DNA of 58,916 bases, filler included, from Basidioascus undulatus (Eukaryota), in assembly GCA_000826855.1 (NCBI GenBank). It is 6 parts of 6 records of this genome, joined end to end, with 100 filler letters (N's around TTAATTAATTAA, not from the genome) between each part and the next. Parts side by side here need not be neighbours in the genome. Positions count along the whole stretch, not along the records: positions 6,423 to 12,741 come from JTLS01001767.1; positions 12,842 to 19,148 come from JTLS01001768.1; positions 19,249 to 25,555 come from JTLS01001769.1; positions 25,656 to 52,534 come from JTLS01000177.1; 2 more parts are not named here. One strand, 5' to 3'. Below, piece after piece: positions 12,640 through 26,112 of the stretch. Made by a program: the position numbers and the translations under genes. How positions within the stretch are numbered: position 1 is the first letter of the stretch; every line of letters starts with the position of its first letter. Below the pieces are notes generated by a model. It saw only the letters and a program-made list of their open reading frames with translations. It did not search any database and was not told where the DNA came from.

Positions 12640-12741
12640 CTGCGATGGAAGGCCGGCATGGGTCAGAGGGAGCTTAGTTGTAGAAGGCGAGCGGAGGTCG
12701 TACGAGGGTGAGCGGGCGATTGCCGTGTACGCGCTGCTGCA

Positions 12742-12841
12742 NNNNNNNNNNNNNNNNNNNNNNNNNNNNNNNNNNNNNNNNNNNNTTAATTAATTAANNN
12801 NNNNNNNNNNNNNNNNNNNNNNNNNNNNNNNNNNNNNNNNN
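12742..12841. other. artificial contig linker
   Basis: N44-TTAATTAATTAA-N44. Confidence 0.98.
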
Positions 12842-13707
12842 CGGGTTCCCCCCCGGGTTCGCGGAGGAGGAGCGCATCCCTTTGCCGGTTCTTGCGAAGC
12901 GCGGGGAGCGGGTCCGGCCGGTGGAGGATGTGGGGCCGTACAAGTCGTAAGTTGGCGGTGTCCTTGAGATAAAGGGAGAAAGAGGCTGATGATGGGTGCA
13001 GATGGACGACCCTCTACCCAATTTACATCGACGCGAAGCAGCCATACGGCGTGCGGAGGGTCGAGCGGAGGGAGGCGCAGTGGTGGCCGCTTGCGCAGGA
13101 GATGGCGGAGGCGGCGGCGACGCTGGGGTACGATGTGCTGTATGAGGTGCGTTTCCCGTATTCTTCCTCTTTACCCAAGATTCTGATGGTGCGGGTGTGT
13201 GTGGCAACAGCCGACCAAAACGCACCCGCGCGACTGGGCGAACCCCGGGCGCGTCAAAGTCCTCTTCAATGGGCCCGAAGCGTTCCAGCACCCCAAAATC
13301 ACGACCAGTCCGTTCCCCTCTCCCTCCTTCCCCTCCTCCACCTCCTTCTCATCCCTCCTCTCATCCCCACAGAGAAGAACCTAACCCGCGCCATCAGCGG
13401 CATAATAACGCGGAACAACCCTGTCCTCCGGCCGTCCCCAGAGTCCTCCACCTCCTCCCAGCCGCCGCGCCCGCTCCCCGCGCCGAAGAACCGCCTCCCG
13501 TCGCACAGCCCCGCGCTCGAGACGGGGATGTTCGTCGACGCCGCCGTGCGCAGCCTCGAGGCGGACCGGGAGGCGGAGCGCGCTGCTCGTGCGGACGCCG
13601 CGCCGGGGGGAAAGGGGAAGGAGGTGGTGGGCCGTGGGGCGGGCGAGGGCAAGGAGGGAAAGGAGAAGAAGATCAAGATTAAGAGAAGGGTGGTGAGGGC
13701 TGGGTAG
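12842..13707 (+). CDS. SEC65: signal recognition particle SRP19 subunit (5' partial)
   Basis: WTTLYPIYIDAK...RRV, WPLA, E|PTKTHPRDWANPGRVKV; basic C-tail; three in-frame GT-AG introns. Confidence 0.95.
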
Positions 13708-14255
13708 ACGGGGAGGGAGGGAGACATGGACTGCGATTGGCTTGGGCGGAGATGCTGGACTGCGTGCTGTTGCCTGAGCTTTTGTCTCGTCAGAATAATG
13801 GACTACTCGATCAAGACCTCGCTTGCCAGTCACTTCCCTCAGTCCCTCAGTAGAGACGTTTGCACCGACTCTACGGCGCCCGCCCCAACCAACTTCCCTC
13901 CCTGGAAAGCAAAGCGTTCGGGCAGCCGTTGCGCTGTTATCGGATTGATTCCACCTCCGTCACGAGAGCAAGAATTCCATGCTCGGGGTTCTTGGCTTCT
14001 CCTCCTCTTGTCTCGTTACAAACACGCTTATTATAACCTGCCTCATGCCGCTTTTTAACCTCGGAGTGGACGGCGCGTCGATCCCTTGTTGGAGCTCACG
14101 TCTTGACCTGACAAACAGGCGTCGTTTTGCCACTGGGCCCTCACACGGCAGGGTCGGCTTGCCTCTTGTAGCCTGCTCTGAGTACATTATGCGCTTTCCT
14201 ACTCACCTGAGAGTATTCTTTCTTTCTTTACATTTTATCAAGTGATAGACAGCCG

Positions 14256-15154
14256 ATGGAATACGACTACCGCCCCCTCTCCACCGCCGCGACGCTCTCC
14301 AGCGCGTCCGAGCAAACGCACACGACCGATCTCACCCCCCTCCGCACGCCCGACCTCTCCCAATCCCAAAGCCTCACCTTCTTCGTCCTCCCCCCTCCTC
14401 CCCACCCGCCTTCTTATTCTTCCCCCACGCACTCCCCGCGCTCTTCCCTCAAACCACACCCCGCTGCAGCCCGCTCCGAGGCGGTGCTGACGCTCGTGGA
14501 AGAGCGGGGGCTGCTCGGGCTTGGGAGGAAGGGGTGGAGGGTGGTTGATGAGGGGCTGGAAGGGGAGGGGGAGGAGGGAGAGGTGAGGAGGACGGTGTGT
14601 GAGGTGTTGGACGGGGGGGTGGGGCGGAGGGCGGTTACGGTGGGAGGGATGAGGAGGGGGACGAGGGAGGTGCTGGGGAGGGGAGCTGGGTGAGTCCGCT
14701 CCTTTTGAAGCTTAATTTTTGGAGGGGCTGGAAAGAGGAGACAGGGTTGGGACAGAGACTGACTGCGAGGTGGATGTGAGCGCAGTGCCACCCCACACAC
14801 TTTTACATTCACCTCCCCGCACACCTCCCGCTCCTACACCTGGCACGTCCCGCCGTTCCCACCCGTACGTCCCCTCCGTCCCCCTTTTCTATCCCTCAGC
14901 CACCTCCCCTTCCCCCTCCCCCTCTTTCTCTCGGTATTTACAGCCTAGCCCCACAGTACGCCTGCCAGTCCCCAACCGGCCTCTGCGCGACCTTCACGCC
15001 GCGGGGAGGGGGAGCGGGTGGAGGAGGGGGGACGCTGGAAGTGGACCGAGAGGTGGGGGAGGGAGCGGATCTGGGGTGGGTGCTGGGGGTCGTGTTGCTG
15101 CTTGAGGCGAGGAGGGAAGGAGACGAGGAGGGGTTGCGGGTCGGGTGTTGCTAG
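14256..15154 (+). CDS. hypothetical protein, DUF6593-like basidiomycete family
   Basis: Introns at 14690 (GTGAGT) and ~14865 (GTACGT). Spliced tail HTFTFTSPHTSRSYTW...ATF...GTLEV...LGWVLGVVLLLEARR resembles DUF6593. Confidence 0.55.
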
Positions 15155-15899
15155 TATTCCTTGCATTGAATGCAATACTTCCTTGTATGGTGTTGGTAGT
15201 TAGCCCTTTGTCTCTCCGAAGTGCGCACTACTGGCAAGGTCGTTTCGGGCTGGAGGACTGCGGCGAGACGGTTCTATCTGTGCGTCGTAAGTTAAGGAAA
15301 TGTAAGTAACCAAAAACAGACTGGTTTGAGCTGCCTCTTCCAACTGGACACACAGCGGACACGGAGGAGCAGGTGCACTTTGGCAGCATCAAAGGCAACG
15401 AGCGCAGCACGCAGCGCACGCAACATGACTTCAATTTTGTCAACGTAATCCCAACGTGTTCATGCCACAAGCTGCACAGTTGCGTGTTGGAAATCTTGTA
15501 TATTTTATTGAAAACAGTGGTCAGGTTCGGCCAAAGCAGGGAAGAGGTGCTCTTTCTGACCAAGTCCTGGTCGGTCTCAACCGTCTCACGGTTTCGGCCG
15601 GCTCGAGGGCCTTCACCCCCGTAAACCGTTTAGTTCTTTCCGCATTTCCTGGTTCATGAGAGTGAGGTGCTCTGTATTCTGATGATGTCTTGGCATTATT
15701 CTTCGCCTGAGCGTCCCGGCGTCGTGGACTGGAGCTTCGACTTTCCCTCTCACCAACCCACCCGCTCGCTGCTCTTCCATTCTCACGGCAGCACCCCGCA
15801 GCATTCTCCCGAGCATTTATACCACTCCCGTACCTTCTCGTTCTCGTCGTCTGGAGCAGCAGCGTACTCCCTGTGCGCGCAGACATATATCAAGACACC

Positions 15900-16993
15900 T
15901 CCGATGTGTAAGCTCGCGCTCGTTCCGCCCTCGCCAAAGCTCCTCGGCACTGACAGACTGGCTCCACCCGCAGGGGCTTGAGCATGGTCCCAACCCGGCT
16001 TCCCCCGTGCCAGGCGAGCACCATCACGTTGGACGATGCGAACGCGACGTGCCAGCAGGTGAGCTGGGCCAGGGCTAGGGACAGGGGCGCTCTCGCTGAC
16101 CTTTCGTTTGTGAATGGAGTGGATGGCGGAAAACAGTACAGCTTGGGGGGTGAAAGAGACTGCCGTCATAGACACCACGTGGTGTGGCTGTTCTCACTCC
16201 CTTCCGTGCAAATGTTGAAAAGGGATGTCCGGCTGCACGCTTGCAGCAACGGGTCCGCATTCAGCCTCTTCTACACCCCTAGCGAAGGTCCTACCATTTA
16301 TCAAGGATCTTCCTCGCTGGGGATGGAGAAAATCGATGCGCGGAGCTGGCGGTGGACTGTCCCCACAGACGAATCAAACGACTCCCACACCTGGAGCGGC
16401 GGGGCTATTTTGGCCAGGGTGTCGGCTTCGACGTCGGCCGGCGTCTTAACGTCCCGCCGTCCATCTCGCTCATCAGTAGGGCGGTGGGAGCCAATAGAAC
16501 TGCGGTAGCTGGGGCCGCCGCCGCTGGGGGAATCCTTCGGCGGTGGTACTCGCCGTGTACGTTCTTTTCTCCCCTTCCAGAGCACCTCTGCTTCCGCCGT
16601 CGCAGCGAGGCTGCCACCCTCGTCCCGGCGGACGGTGCGGGCGTGGAGAAGGAGCTGTCAAGTCTGAAAGCGCAGAACGACCTCGGCCCGGGCGACCTCC
16701 CCTACTACGCTCCTCTTCTCACTCTTCAGCCGCCAGCACCCACTCTCGTTCCGCCTCCGCAGCCCAGCACCGCCCACGCGTACACGACACTCGACTTGCA
16801 TATGCACCACTCGGGCCCGCTCCACTACGACTACTCAGGCTGGCGAGACCACTGTGGTCATGCCCGTCAGGTCCGCACCGCCGCGGGAGGACGACTAGTT
16901 GGGCGTAGGCGACCGCTACTTTCCTGCTTTTCCCCTTTGATTTTCGGATTGTTGTTTGTTTGTCCTGGGATCAGGTTGTTTTTGTTGGCTTGA
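15900..16993 (+). pseudogene. possible degenerate single-pass membrane protein gene
   Basis: Splice-site-bounded, protein-like segments (AFSLFYTPSEGPTIYQG, WRWTVP, AVAGAAAAGGIL..VVLAVYVL..RRR) lie in different frames with a stop at 16506-16508. Confidence 0.25.
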
Positions 16994-19148
16994 CGCTGTT
17001 CCAAGCTTGCTTCGGTTGTAGAATGGATTGACCTATCACGGAAAATTTTGATGAAAGAGAAAAAATGGCGTTTGAGTCACGGTACCGCTGCAAACGTATT
17101 GCCTGAACTACTGAGTGCGGTGAAAGTGCATTCATGCAGCTCGCTGATCGCTGGAGCGAGATCGCTGGAGCGGGAACGACCGGACAAGGATATGTAGTAG
17201 GCTTGAGGTCTTCACACTTATTCCTGCTCAGTCATGCACAGATTGCTCATGTCCATCCTTCCGAACTCCCATGAGGCCCGTCGTGGTCAGCTTACTCACT
17301 CTTCGGTGCAGGCAGGGCGTGCCTGCTCCACCGAGTCGCGTCTTCTGTGGGTTTGATGGAAGAGGGAAGGATGAGCAGCACCATTCAGCTACTTGCCGGC
17401 CGGCTGCGCCTCGTCGTCCCTTTCCGCCGGTCGATTACGCACTGGGGGTCTGGTTAACACGCCTGTGCATAAAGAGGTTGTATATTATATTCTGTCAGTA
17501 CTTGATTACGATGGAGAATTTCAAGAAATCCAACAGAATGCACGCGGGTGCCGCCTGCACTGCTGCCTGGCTGCATGTTGCCCGGCGAAACGCCTGGGGC
17601 CTGCACGCGGCGACCGCAGATTGTTTGAGGGATTCCTCGGCGGTTGATCATACCGTTGAGAGTTCATTTGGCCTGGGTCTGATTTACTCTGAGCAGGACG
17701 GGGCACGCCGTAAGAAGAACTTTTGTGGATTTGTGCAGCGGCAGTCTCAACATCATGTACGACCGTGGGTGAAACGGACCAGTTACCTCAAGTGCGAACG
17801 AGGTATATGAGGGTCTCAAACCTATAAGGGCAATATGAGATGTCTGCGGAAGCGAAACATGAGTGCCGGTGCGCCTCGACCTGCAGCTGCTAGACGTCAA
17901 TTTGACTCGCCACTGAGCAGCGATGGATACTCAAGTTCGACGCTCGCGACAAGGTGAGGATCAGAGTTAACTCAAGTTTCGGGTGCTGGACGAAATTTAC
18001 TGCAGGGAAGGGCTTCGGTATGGCTTGCAGTTGCTCAGTGACAGACGGGCGAGCTGATCCTGCCCGACATGTGCGCAGCTGCATTGCCAACGTGGTTGTA
18101 GGCCTTGCAGGACAAAGCACAGTCGACCAGTGCACGATGCCGACACATTCCACTCCAGAATACAAGCATCCCCCTTCAGGTCCGTTGAGATTAGGTGAGG
18201 CGCGCTGTTGCGAACGCAACCGAGCTCGGAAATCGCGGGCGGCGCTTCCTCTGCATTGAATGCTTCCTGCATCCTGCACACTCTTTCAAGGGGGCGTGTC
18301 CTCTGCGCATACCAACTAGAACCTTCCTCCCAGCCCCTTTCCAAGCGAGCTCCGCCTGACTGACACGCACGTTTGCGAGTGCCGCCCTCGTTATTCCACT
18401 GGGGCCCCACGCCGATCAGGCCATCCAGACAGTCAGCCGTTTTCAGGATCCAGGTGGGGACGCACGAAGCCTCGGGGAGAGGTCGGTCGGTGGATAAGAG
18501 GTGCTGAAGCACAATTTAGTGTCCCTTAGATGAAAGAGAAACGGTCAGCGCTCACGGTTCGACCTGCACAACCTCAGCTGCCCGGACGTGGGTGTAGTCC
18601 AAGTGCCGGCAGCGAAGGGCCAATCCATTGACGATTGGTTGTCGCTTCAGCACCCAGCGCGGGTCAACTAGAGCACAGTATCCTTCCATCAGTGCATGTC
18701 AGTGAATATCAAGCTAGTCGAAGAGTTGCGATTCTCTCGATGGAGCAGCCGGGGACGGGACCGCACGTAAGCGTCAGCGTTAGCGGGCGTTGGACAGCGA
18801 ATCTTGTGGGAGTGTGAGGGAGTGTGGGATGGACGCGAGGTTGAGTTGCGCTGGGCTGAGTGAAGGCAAAGGGTTGAGGAAGCAGCGAGAGGCAAGAGTG
18901 CGAGGATGACACAATCGAGTGTTACGCGTGGGTGAGCGTGGGTGAACGTGACTGGAAGTATGAGTTCCAGTGCCAAATCGAGTGCGAGTGTGTGTGGGGT
19001 GAGAGCGTGAATGAATTTTGTACGCGAAGAGAGAGTGAGGATGCGAGCGGGCGCGAGGTTAAGCGCGAGCGTGCCGAATATCCTGCCTCCAACGCGCTCC
19101 GTCAAGTTCCTTCAAGCTCCGTATCCACATGCATACCCCCCTCCCATC

Positions 19149-19248
19149 NNNNNNNNNNNNNNNNNNNNNNNNNNNNNNNNNNNNNNNNNNNNTTAATTAA
19201 TTAANNNNNNNNNNNNNNNNNNNNNNNNNNNNNNNNNNNNNNNNNNNN
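19149..19248. other. artificial contig linker
   Basis: N44-TTAATTAATTAA-N44. Confidence 0.98.
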
Positions 19249-19711
19249 CGCGCCATCCTCCTCCCTCACAGCGCGCTCCGCCTCCCTCAGCGCCTCCCCA
19301 AAGTTCTCACCAACCTCCACCACCTCAGCGCCATCCCTTTTCAAAACACCCTTCACCCCCTCGCTCGCCCCCATGGGCAAGTAAACCGTGCACCGCACGC
19401 CCAAGGCCTTCGCAGCCCACGCCGCCGCGAGCCCGGCGTTCCCGCCCGACGCGGCAATGAGGTGCACGCTTGGCCCATGCGCCGCGAGCGCGCGCTGGGC
19501 GAAGAGGCTGAGGCCTCGCGCTTTGAAGGATTGGGGGGGCTGGAGGATCTGTGGGGAACTAGGGGAGGAAGATACCGAGGAGAGGGTGAGGGGGAAGACG
19601 CACTTCAAGTTTGAGATGGATTTGGGAGGAGAGGGAGGTGGATAGGGAGGGGGAGTACAGGAGAGGCGTGGCGCGGTAGAGTGGGGGTAGGGTGGGGGTG
19701 GGCGCAGCCAT
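19249..19711 (-). CDS. PLP-dependent L-serine/threonine dehydratase (Cha1-like), N-terminal part
   Basis: TPLLYS...IHLKLE|ILQPPQSFKARG (PLP lysine) and ASGGNAGLAAAWAA. Confidence 0.92.
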
Positions 19712-20796
19712 TGGGAGGATGGTGGGGGTTGAAAGGCAAGAGGGAGAGCAAGGGACGAAGGCCAGGAGATTCGGCCCGAAGTCGCAGGGGCAGGGGCAGA
19801 GTTGGCGTGTGCAACCGCTCGCCGCGTGCACAACGCCCGCTGCGTTTTGAAAGAAATTGTTTCGACGCTCAGATTGCTCTCGGGCTACCTTGTGAATGCA
19901 CTTGTATCTGTCAGATGGGCGGCATGAAGAAATGCATCGACGTCCAAGCTTGACTACTCCTCAGCTGGAACGCAGGCTGAGCGCTGATCGAGAGCTTCTC
20001 GCGAGCGATGGGGCTATACAATCCCTGAAGAGATGTATTAACTTGTCAAGATATGGCCATTGCTAAGCACGGCAAGGAATCGATTCCCCTTCCCGTTACA
20101 ATTACATGTTACAGTGGCGCAAATTCACTCTCTAATTTACTTCTTGGGTTTGGATTGAAGACATTAGAACACAGCTAAATTAATAAGAGCCTCAACCCCT
20201 ACCTCAAATTCGAGCTGCAAGCGACATGCACAACCTCAGACGGCGACACAAACCCTCAAAGAAGTGGGTATGGGAAGACAGAAGTTTGGATCATCAGCTG
20301 GCTTAAGAAAAGGACTCAAGTGCGGTCACGAACTGTGTGCCTTCGTTGATATCCATATGTTGCTGAACGCGAGAACCTACCACTTCAAGCTGCCGACGGC
20401 AGACGGGCGATCTCAAGACACTAGTCGCAGATGTTTCAAGACCTTATGAGTGAACATTTGCGGGAGTCGGATTCCACTATACGTATCACCGAAAGACTTC
20501 TACAAACTGTCTACTGAAAAATGAAGGAAGTTTCAGTCTGTCGGGTGGTGAATAACCATGTAACTTTCTGGTCTTTCTTGCAAACTGGCGACACGCGGAT
20601 TGCGCGAGCGCTCCCCCAAGCCAATTCCATAGGGAATCAGAATGCTAGAGCTGAAAGTGAACGGTGTCAACAGGTAGCAGGCTTTCATGCTCAACAGACG
20701 GTACCGCTTTAATACATAAGGCAGCTGGCAGTCAGTCAACTCACCGCGGACACATCATCCGCATCCGATATCGCATCTTGACACAAAACCGCGCGT

Positions 20797-22062
20797 TCAA
20801 GCACGGTGGCGGCGGCGACCGCGCTCCGGCTCCTCGTCGCTAGCGAGACCCTCGAAGGGATCCTGCGAGGCAACACGCCGGGGCTGCTTGACGACGATGA
20901 GAGACTTGAGCCTGAAGAAGTTGGCCAACCAACTCAGTCAGCATGTATACTTGTGGAAAGAAAGAACACGGCGGCGACTGACCACTCGTTCTCGCGCTTG
21001 AGGTCGCGCATTTCGGCTTCCAGCTGGAAAGCGCGGTCCTGAAGGTCGTCAACCTGAGAAAAAGAAGCGGAATGTCAAAGGGTGTGCCTCCAGTGCGGGC
21101 ATACATAGAGCGATAAGACGACTCACAAGCTTCTCAACAGCCTGCTCGCGCTCCTTCTTCTTGGCCCTAAAGCGAGCGGATGCGAGGGTGTTGCGGCGCT
21201 TGCGGTCTTCGAGGACTGCCGGATGGGTCCCACGGCCTAAAAGTATCAGCAGAACTCAAAAGCCCACTTGACAAATTAAACTCATTCGCACGAGGGTGGC
21301 GCTCCTCCTCGTCCTCCGCGTCCGCCTCGTCCCACTCCTTGGCCTGCGGGAGGCTCACGAACGGCTTGACGTACTGGGCGGGCGCCGGCTGGGAGAGGAG
21401 AAACGTCGCGCGGATAGGCTGCGAGCGGTAGACCGGGGCATAGTACCCGTTCTTGCTGTCGCGGGCGGCCTCGTAGCGCTGGTTGTACGACGTCTCGGCC
21501 ACCTCCTGCTGCTGCTGGATCGGGGGGTACGCGTGGAACTTGGCCGCGGGCGTATCTTGCTTCGCCACCGCTGTCTGCTGCGAGACGGCCGCGAGCCTCT
21601 CGTCCAGCGAGGGCTCCTCCGGCTCAGGGGCGAGGAGGCGACCAGGGATCGGCCACCCCGCGGGAGGGACGAGGGGGCTTGTGGAGGATGCGGCGGAGGA
21701 GATCGACGACGTCGGGCTGCTCAAGTGCGACTTCTTGTCGTCCCACTCGAGGGAAGCAGTGCCGGGCTAGGAGGGGATAGAGAGGCTGGCCGTTCAAGTC
21801 TTTCTGGGAGCTGGAGGGGCATAAGAGCACGAAATGGCCGACTCACCATCTCGTCGAAGTTGAACTGCACGTTCTGCCACGCAAAGAGCTCCGACTCGGC
21901 CTCCTCGCGCGAGTAGCCGAGCGCCCCATAGTCGCCATAGAAGATCCTAGTGAGTTAAATTATCAAATAATTTGAATCAGTTGAAAGAACAATGTAGATT
22001 GTCAGAGGGAGGGAGTGTATGACGGACGGCTTGTTCAGGATGTCGATCCACGAGAGCGGCAT
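20797..22062 (-). CDS. bZIP transcription factor, MetR/Cys-3-like sulfur regulator family
   Basis: EDRKRRNTLASARFRAKKKEREQ plus zipper LEAEMRDLKRENEWLKSLI; N-terminal ELFAWQNVQFNFDE motif; six exons all in frame. Confidence 0.85.
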
Positions 22063-23786
22063 GTTCGCTCTGCGGCTTTAAGCTTCAAGTCCGTGAAATT
22101 GTGCTGGGGCGTCTTCACTCGAGTATCAAAGCCGCTCAAATTGGTGAGGTCAGCGAAGAGAATGATGGAAGCGAGTGAGGGAGAGAGGCAAGGAGAGCTC
22201 GCCAGAGCTCGTCAGAATTGAAGGGCTGTTGCGAAGGGATTGAATCGAGCGGCTGGACGCGCTGAACTGGGATGGTACGAATGCGGCCTGGGTATGAGCC
22301 TTCTCTTAGGGGCAGTTCGATCTCAAGCCAAAGGGTGGACGGAAGGGGCAGTGGCACAGCTGAAGGAGGCGGGGCAGGCAAGCACGCAATCTGCGCTGGC
22401 GTCGACTTGCGAGCTCCAGCAGTCCAGAAAGCTCCGAAGCGCTTTTCGATGTGGGGAAGCACACCCACTAATTTGGACCAAAAGAAGAGATCTTCAACCA
22501 CCAGCTGCAGAGCCGACATCTGATGAGCCACTGCAGGGTGTCGAGGATGAAAATTTTGAGGGGGAAGTCTTCAGTTTTCCTTAATTGACCACCTTTTTCT
22601 GTCGGTGATGTAACGACCCAGCACCATCTTACCATATAACTTTACTTCACGTCCGAATCTGAGATGCATAATCCATAGGCATCATCTCGGCGTCACCGAA
22701 TAGGCGTATCGCATGGTGCAATATCCATGTGCATCGCTAGGCGTCGGGCAGTTCTGGAAGGTTTCAAGCGAAACGGCGACCCACATTCTCCGTTAAAAGT
22801 ACACACGGGTATTGATCCTTGTTTAGGCCCGAAAACCTCAATATTAGGAAGCAGAGAAGCAAGCTGCCCGATAACCACCCCAGCTTTCCCACTTGGGGCA
22901 CGTTCGCGAAGAGATACGCGGCCAGCCATCGTGGTAACCTGTCATAGCTTTGGAAAAAATGTTCTTGACCTTTATGGTAATGTACTGGTAGAAACCGCAG
23001 GGAGGGCGAAGGTGAGGAGAGCAGCAGAAGTGGTGCTCTTGCTCACGCCACCTGTGTGAGCAAATACGGAGCTTGCGCTTTGTCTATAGAGAACCCAAGA
23101 TCAACCTTCCGTAAACTGAGCAATTTCAACCTAAGCTGGTAGAAAAGTGAAATAAATCACACCATCAACTGAAGTCCAGTTCCTCGCCGTACGCGAAGAA
23201 ATGGATGCTCACCGTTCGTCCTCTAGCCCGTCATTCCGCTCGATGACTGGAACAATCACACGTTCATTGTAAGTCGTCACTGCGTCAAGTCACGCCTGCC
23301 TGCACTGCAATGGGAAACGAACACGCACACGACTACGCTGTGCCTCGGTCGCACAGTCCGGTAGCTTTTCAATGCCGGCGGAAAGGGAATATACTCTGCC
23401 TCTGTAGGGGACTATTAGACCAGGTTTGACTGATACACAAGGGTGCAAATCTTGGGAGCGGCACTGGTAAAGCCCACAAGAGCAACGCGAAGAAAGCGTG
23501 AATGTTGCAGGCGGTGCCTGCAAGGCATGGGACTACAGTACAGTCTCAATGTCACGGTCACTACAGTCTCGATGTCACGGTCACCAACAGCGGTTGAGAT
23601 CCCCAGGAAGTACACTTTCTAATTTTATACCTGGACTTGCCTGTATCATAGCGAAGTTGGGCCGGGCCGTCTGGCGCTGAGAGGAAGTGAAGCCGGGTAT
23701 CGGCGTCCACACACCGTCATGTCCGAGGTCTGGACTCTTATCGCCATGGTAAAAGCTGTTAAGCTCAGCCATGGGGAGGTTATGGG

Positions 23787-23794
23787 TATATAAA
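23787..23794 (+). promoter_or_regulatory. TATA box (TATATAAA)
   Basis: Canonical TATA about 60 bp upstream of a GTGAGT..CAG 5'-UTR intron (23851-23911) and the ATG at 23919. Confidence 0.5.
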
Positions 23795-23918
23795 GGGTAC
23801 CAGCCTGTCCAGACGGGGCTGCAGACTACCACCTTCGACCCTTCGTCCAGGTGAGTGAGCCAGCCAAGCAACACGGGCTCTCACCATTGACGTTCCCTGA
23901 GTTTTCCACAGAGTCATC

Positions 23919-24310
23919 ATGCAGATCAAGCTCGTCTTGCCTCCGTCTTTCATTTTGCCTGTATGGCAAATGCTGTCAAGCGGCTCTGGTTCAACTACCC
24001 GGGCTGCCAGAACCCGCGGCCGTCCAGGGAAACATCCAATGTGCACTGAAGCCAACCATCGGTGAGTGTCTCGCCTGCTCTTTCGCTTCTCCGAGAGTCT
24101 CCGATACTCAGCTTTGGCAAAGCTACACCGTGACCCCAAGTGCCGGCGCTGTTCTCGTCTCGGGACGGTGAGCCCCAACGGCCGCACAATCCACTTCGGT
24201 AACGACTGCCCGGACGGGTATAGCTACACTTCGTTTTTAGGCAACGGTTGTGCTGTCAACATCCGCAGGGAAGCTGCTATTGGCTTGACAAGGTCAGTGA
24301 TGCTCAGTTG
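23919..24310 (+). pseudogene. frameshifted small secreted Cys-containing protein
   Basis: MQIKLV/LASVFHFACMANA signal-like peptide and WFNYPGCQNP/AAVQGNIQCALKPTI| need two frameshifts. A further Cys-rich exon follows (FGNDCPDGYSY..GNGCAV). Confidence 0.35.
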
Positions 24311-25555
24311 ACTTCAGAGATACAAGCAGCCATGCTGGTTGATGTACGGACTCTGTTCAGGGCGCATAGCGCGTCGAAGGATCGGGGCCGAGCGTGGCTC
24401 TGCCGCCTCTCTTTTCCTTCTCTGCACAAAATAGCTACGTCTTCCCTTCCTTTACCTTTCGCGTAAATGAGACTTTATCCTCCTCTATCTGTCTGTTCCA
24501 AATTCCAACAGTAAGGAGCCCATTCGTTGGACCCACGTATCCTGGTCGTTCTGCTGTACCCAGCCCACACTTCCACAATAGCCCTTTATTCGGACATAAA
24601 ACTCACCACCAATTTGAAGAGATGTTATTCGGTTGGGGGTGCACGCCTTCTCGTTTGCCGTTGCAGGGGCGGGGGTTACGACAGTGCGCAGACAGTGCGC
24701 CAGTGTATCCGCAACAATGTGGTAAAGCCTTTGTTGTGTCATGCTATCGAAAAGCCTTTACTGTACTTAAAGCGCAAAAAGCAGGCGGAAGGAGAATTCA
24801 AGCGGTTCCCATACAAGGCCCGACGCCCACGGTCACTCGCAGCCGCCGAGACTCCGGGTAAAGGCGAACTTGAGGAGATCTCCTTGGCGCCCATACTCAT
24901 GGTGCGAACATGCACCTCGGACATGGTGGCGCCGTTTGTGGACGGCATCAATGCGATCCAGGCTTCGCTTACTCTGCACGCTAGACTGGCCTCACCCCAA
25001 TCTGTCACGGTGACACGCAGAACCTATTGGAAGGTTCAGAGCAATTCAGGACATTCTTTCCGGCTGGAGAACGAGCCGACCAAGTGTGTACGCCTGAAGG
25101 CTGAGCTTTCTACCATCAAGCGCCTTCGCGCCGCTTTGACTCCACCTTCCTCTTCACATGACGCGTCCAGGACGAGGCTTTGCACTCGATGAATTCTACT
25201 GCGGTTATTTCGCCCTACAATTAAATAGTGGTATCCGAAGGACTTTGCTTTTCTGGCGCACACACTCCACCTCGATACACGATCATGAGGGCAGCAAAGT
25301 GAGGCCGTGCCGCCCACCGGAGTGTCGGGCAGTTGCCACTCGCTCGCGTGTCGCTCATTGTAATCCATCATGTGATGAACTTGGGGCATCCTCTGCATTA
25401 CACTGTCCGATGCGTTCCCAGGCATTGGTGTACTCCACTTCAAAAAGACCTCAAGTGTGGGGACGAGCAGCCGTTATATAGCTTCAACGACGAAGATGAG
25501 CTTTCACCGCGTACCCAAATCACTCTCTCGACAGTTTCTCCCCCCCCCCAAGCAC

Positions 25556-25655
25556 NNNNNNNNNNNNNNNNNNNNNNNNNNNNNNNNNNNNNNNNNNNNT
25601 TAATTAATTAANNNNNNNNNNNNNNNNNNNNNNNNNNNNNNNNNNNNNNNNNNNN
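25556..25655. other. artificial contig linker
   Basis: N44-TTAATTAATTAA-N44. Confidence 0.98.
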
Positions 25656-26112
25656 TTCCCACCCTCCTCCGCGCCGCCGGACCCCGCCGTCTCCCCGCGC
25701 GCGCTCGCCTCCCCCGGCAGGGACGGCGTCCGCGTCCGCCGACGAGTTCACCCGTGTGAAGGAGGAGCGCGACGAGTACAAGCGGCGCGTGGAGTACCTC
25801 GAGGCGGAGCTGGCAAGTGCGAAGCGCGAGGCGGACGTTGCGCGCGGGAAGGCGCAGACGCTCCAGCGCGTTGTGGATCGGCTGGGGGACGTTGCGGTCG
25901 GCGCGGGCAGACGGGGCAGAAGCAGGACGAGGACGCCCAGCAGGAGTAGGTCACCGAGCAGGAGCGCGAGTCCGCCTGCGAGGAGGCGGATGAGCAGGTC
26001 GAGGGAGAGGGAGAGGAGCCCGAGCCCGAGGAGAGAGAGGAGAGAGAGCGTGGACCGCGATCGCCAGAGGGACAGGGGGCGCGTGGACGATAGGCGCCGC
26101 GGGAGGTCATGA
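25656..26112 (+). CDS. C-terminal part of a coiled-coil, RS-rich nuclear protein
   Basis: Open frame from the contig start: VKEERDEYKRRVEYLEAELASAKRE (coiled coil), then RSRSPSRS/RERERSPSP, TGA at 26110-26112. Confidence 0.7.

Noticed and set aside
23539..23584. 23-bp tandem duplication (one mismatch)
   Set aside because: Two copies in intergenic DNA; most likely simple slippage.
24527..25192. 221-aa ORF
   Set aside because: No ATG start, no recognisable motif, and no consistent splice structure.
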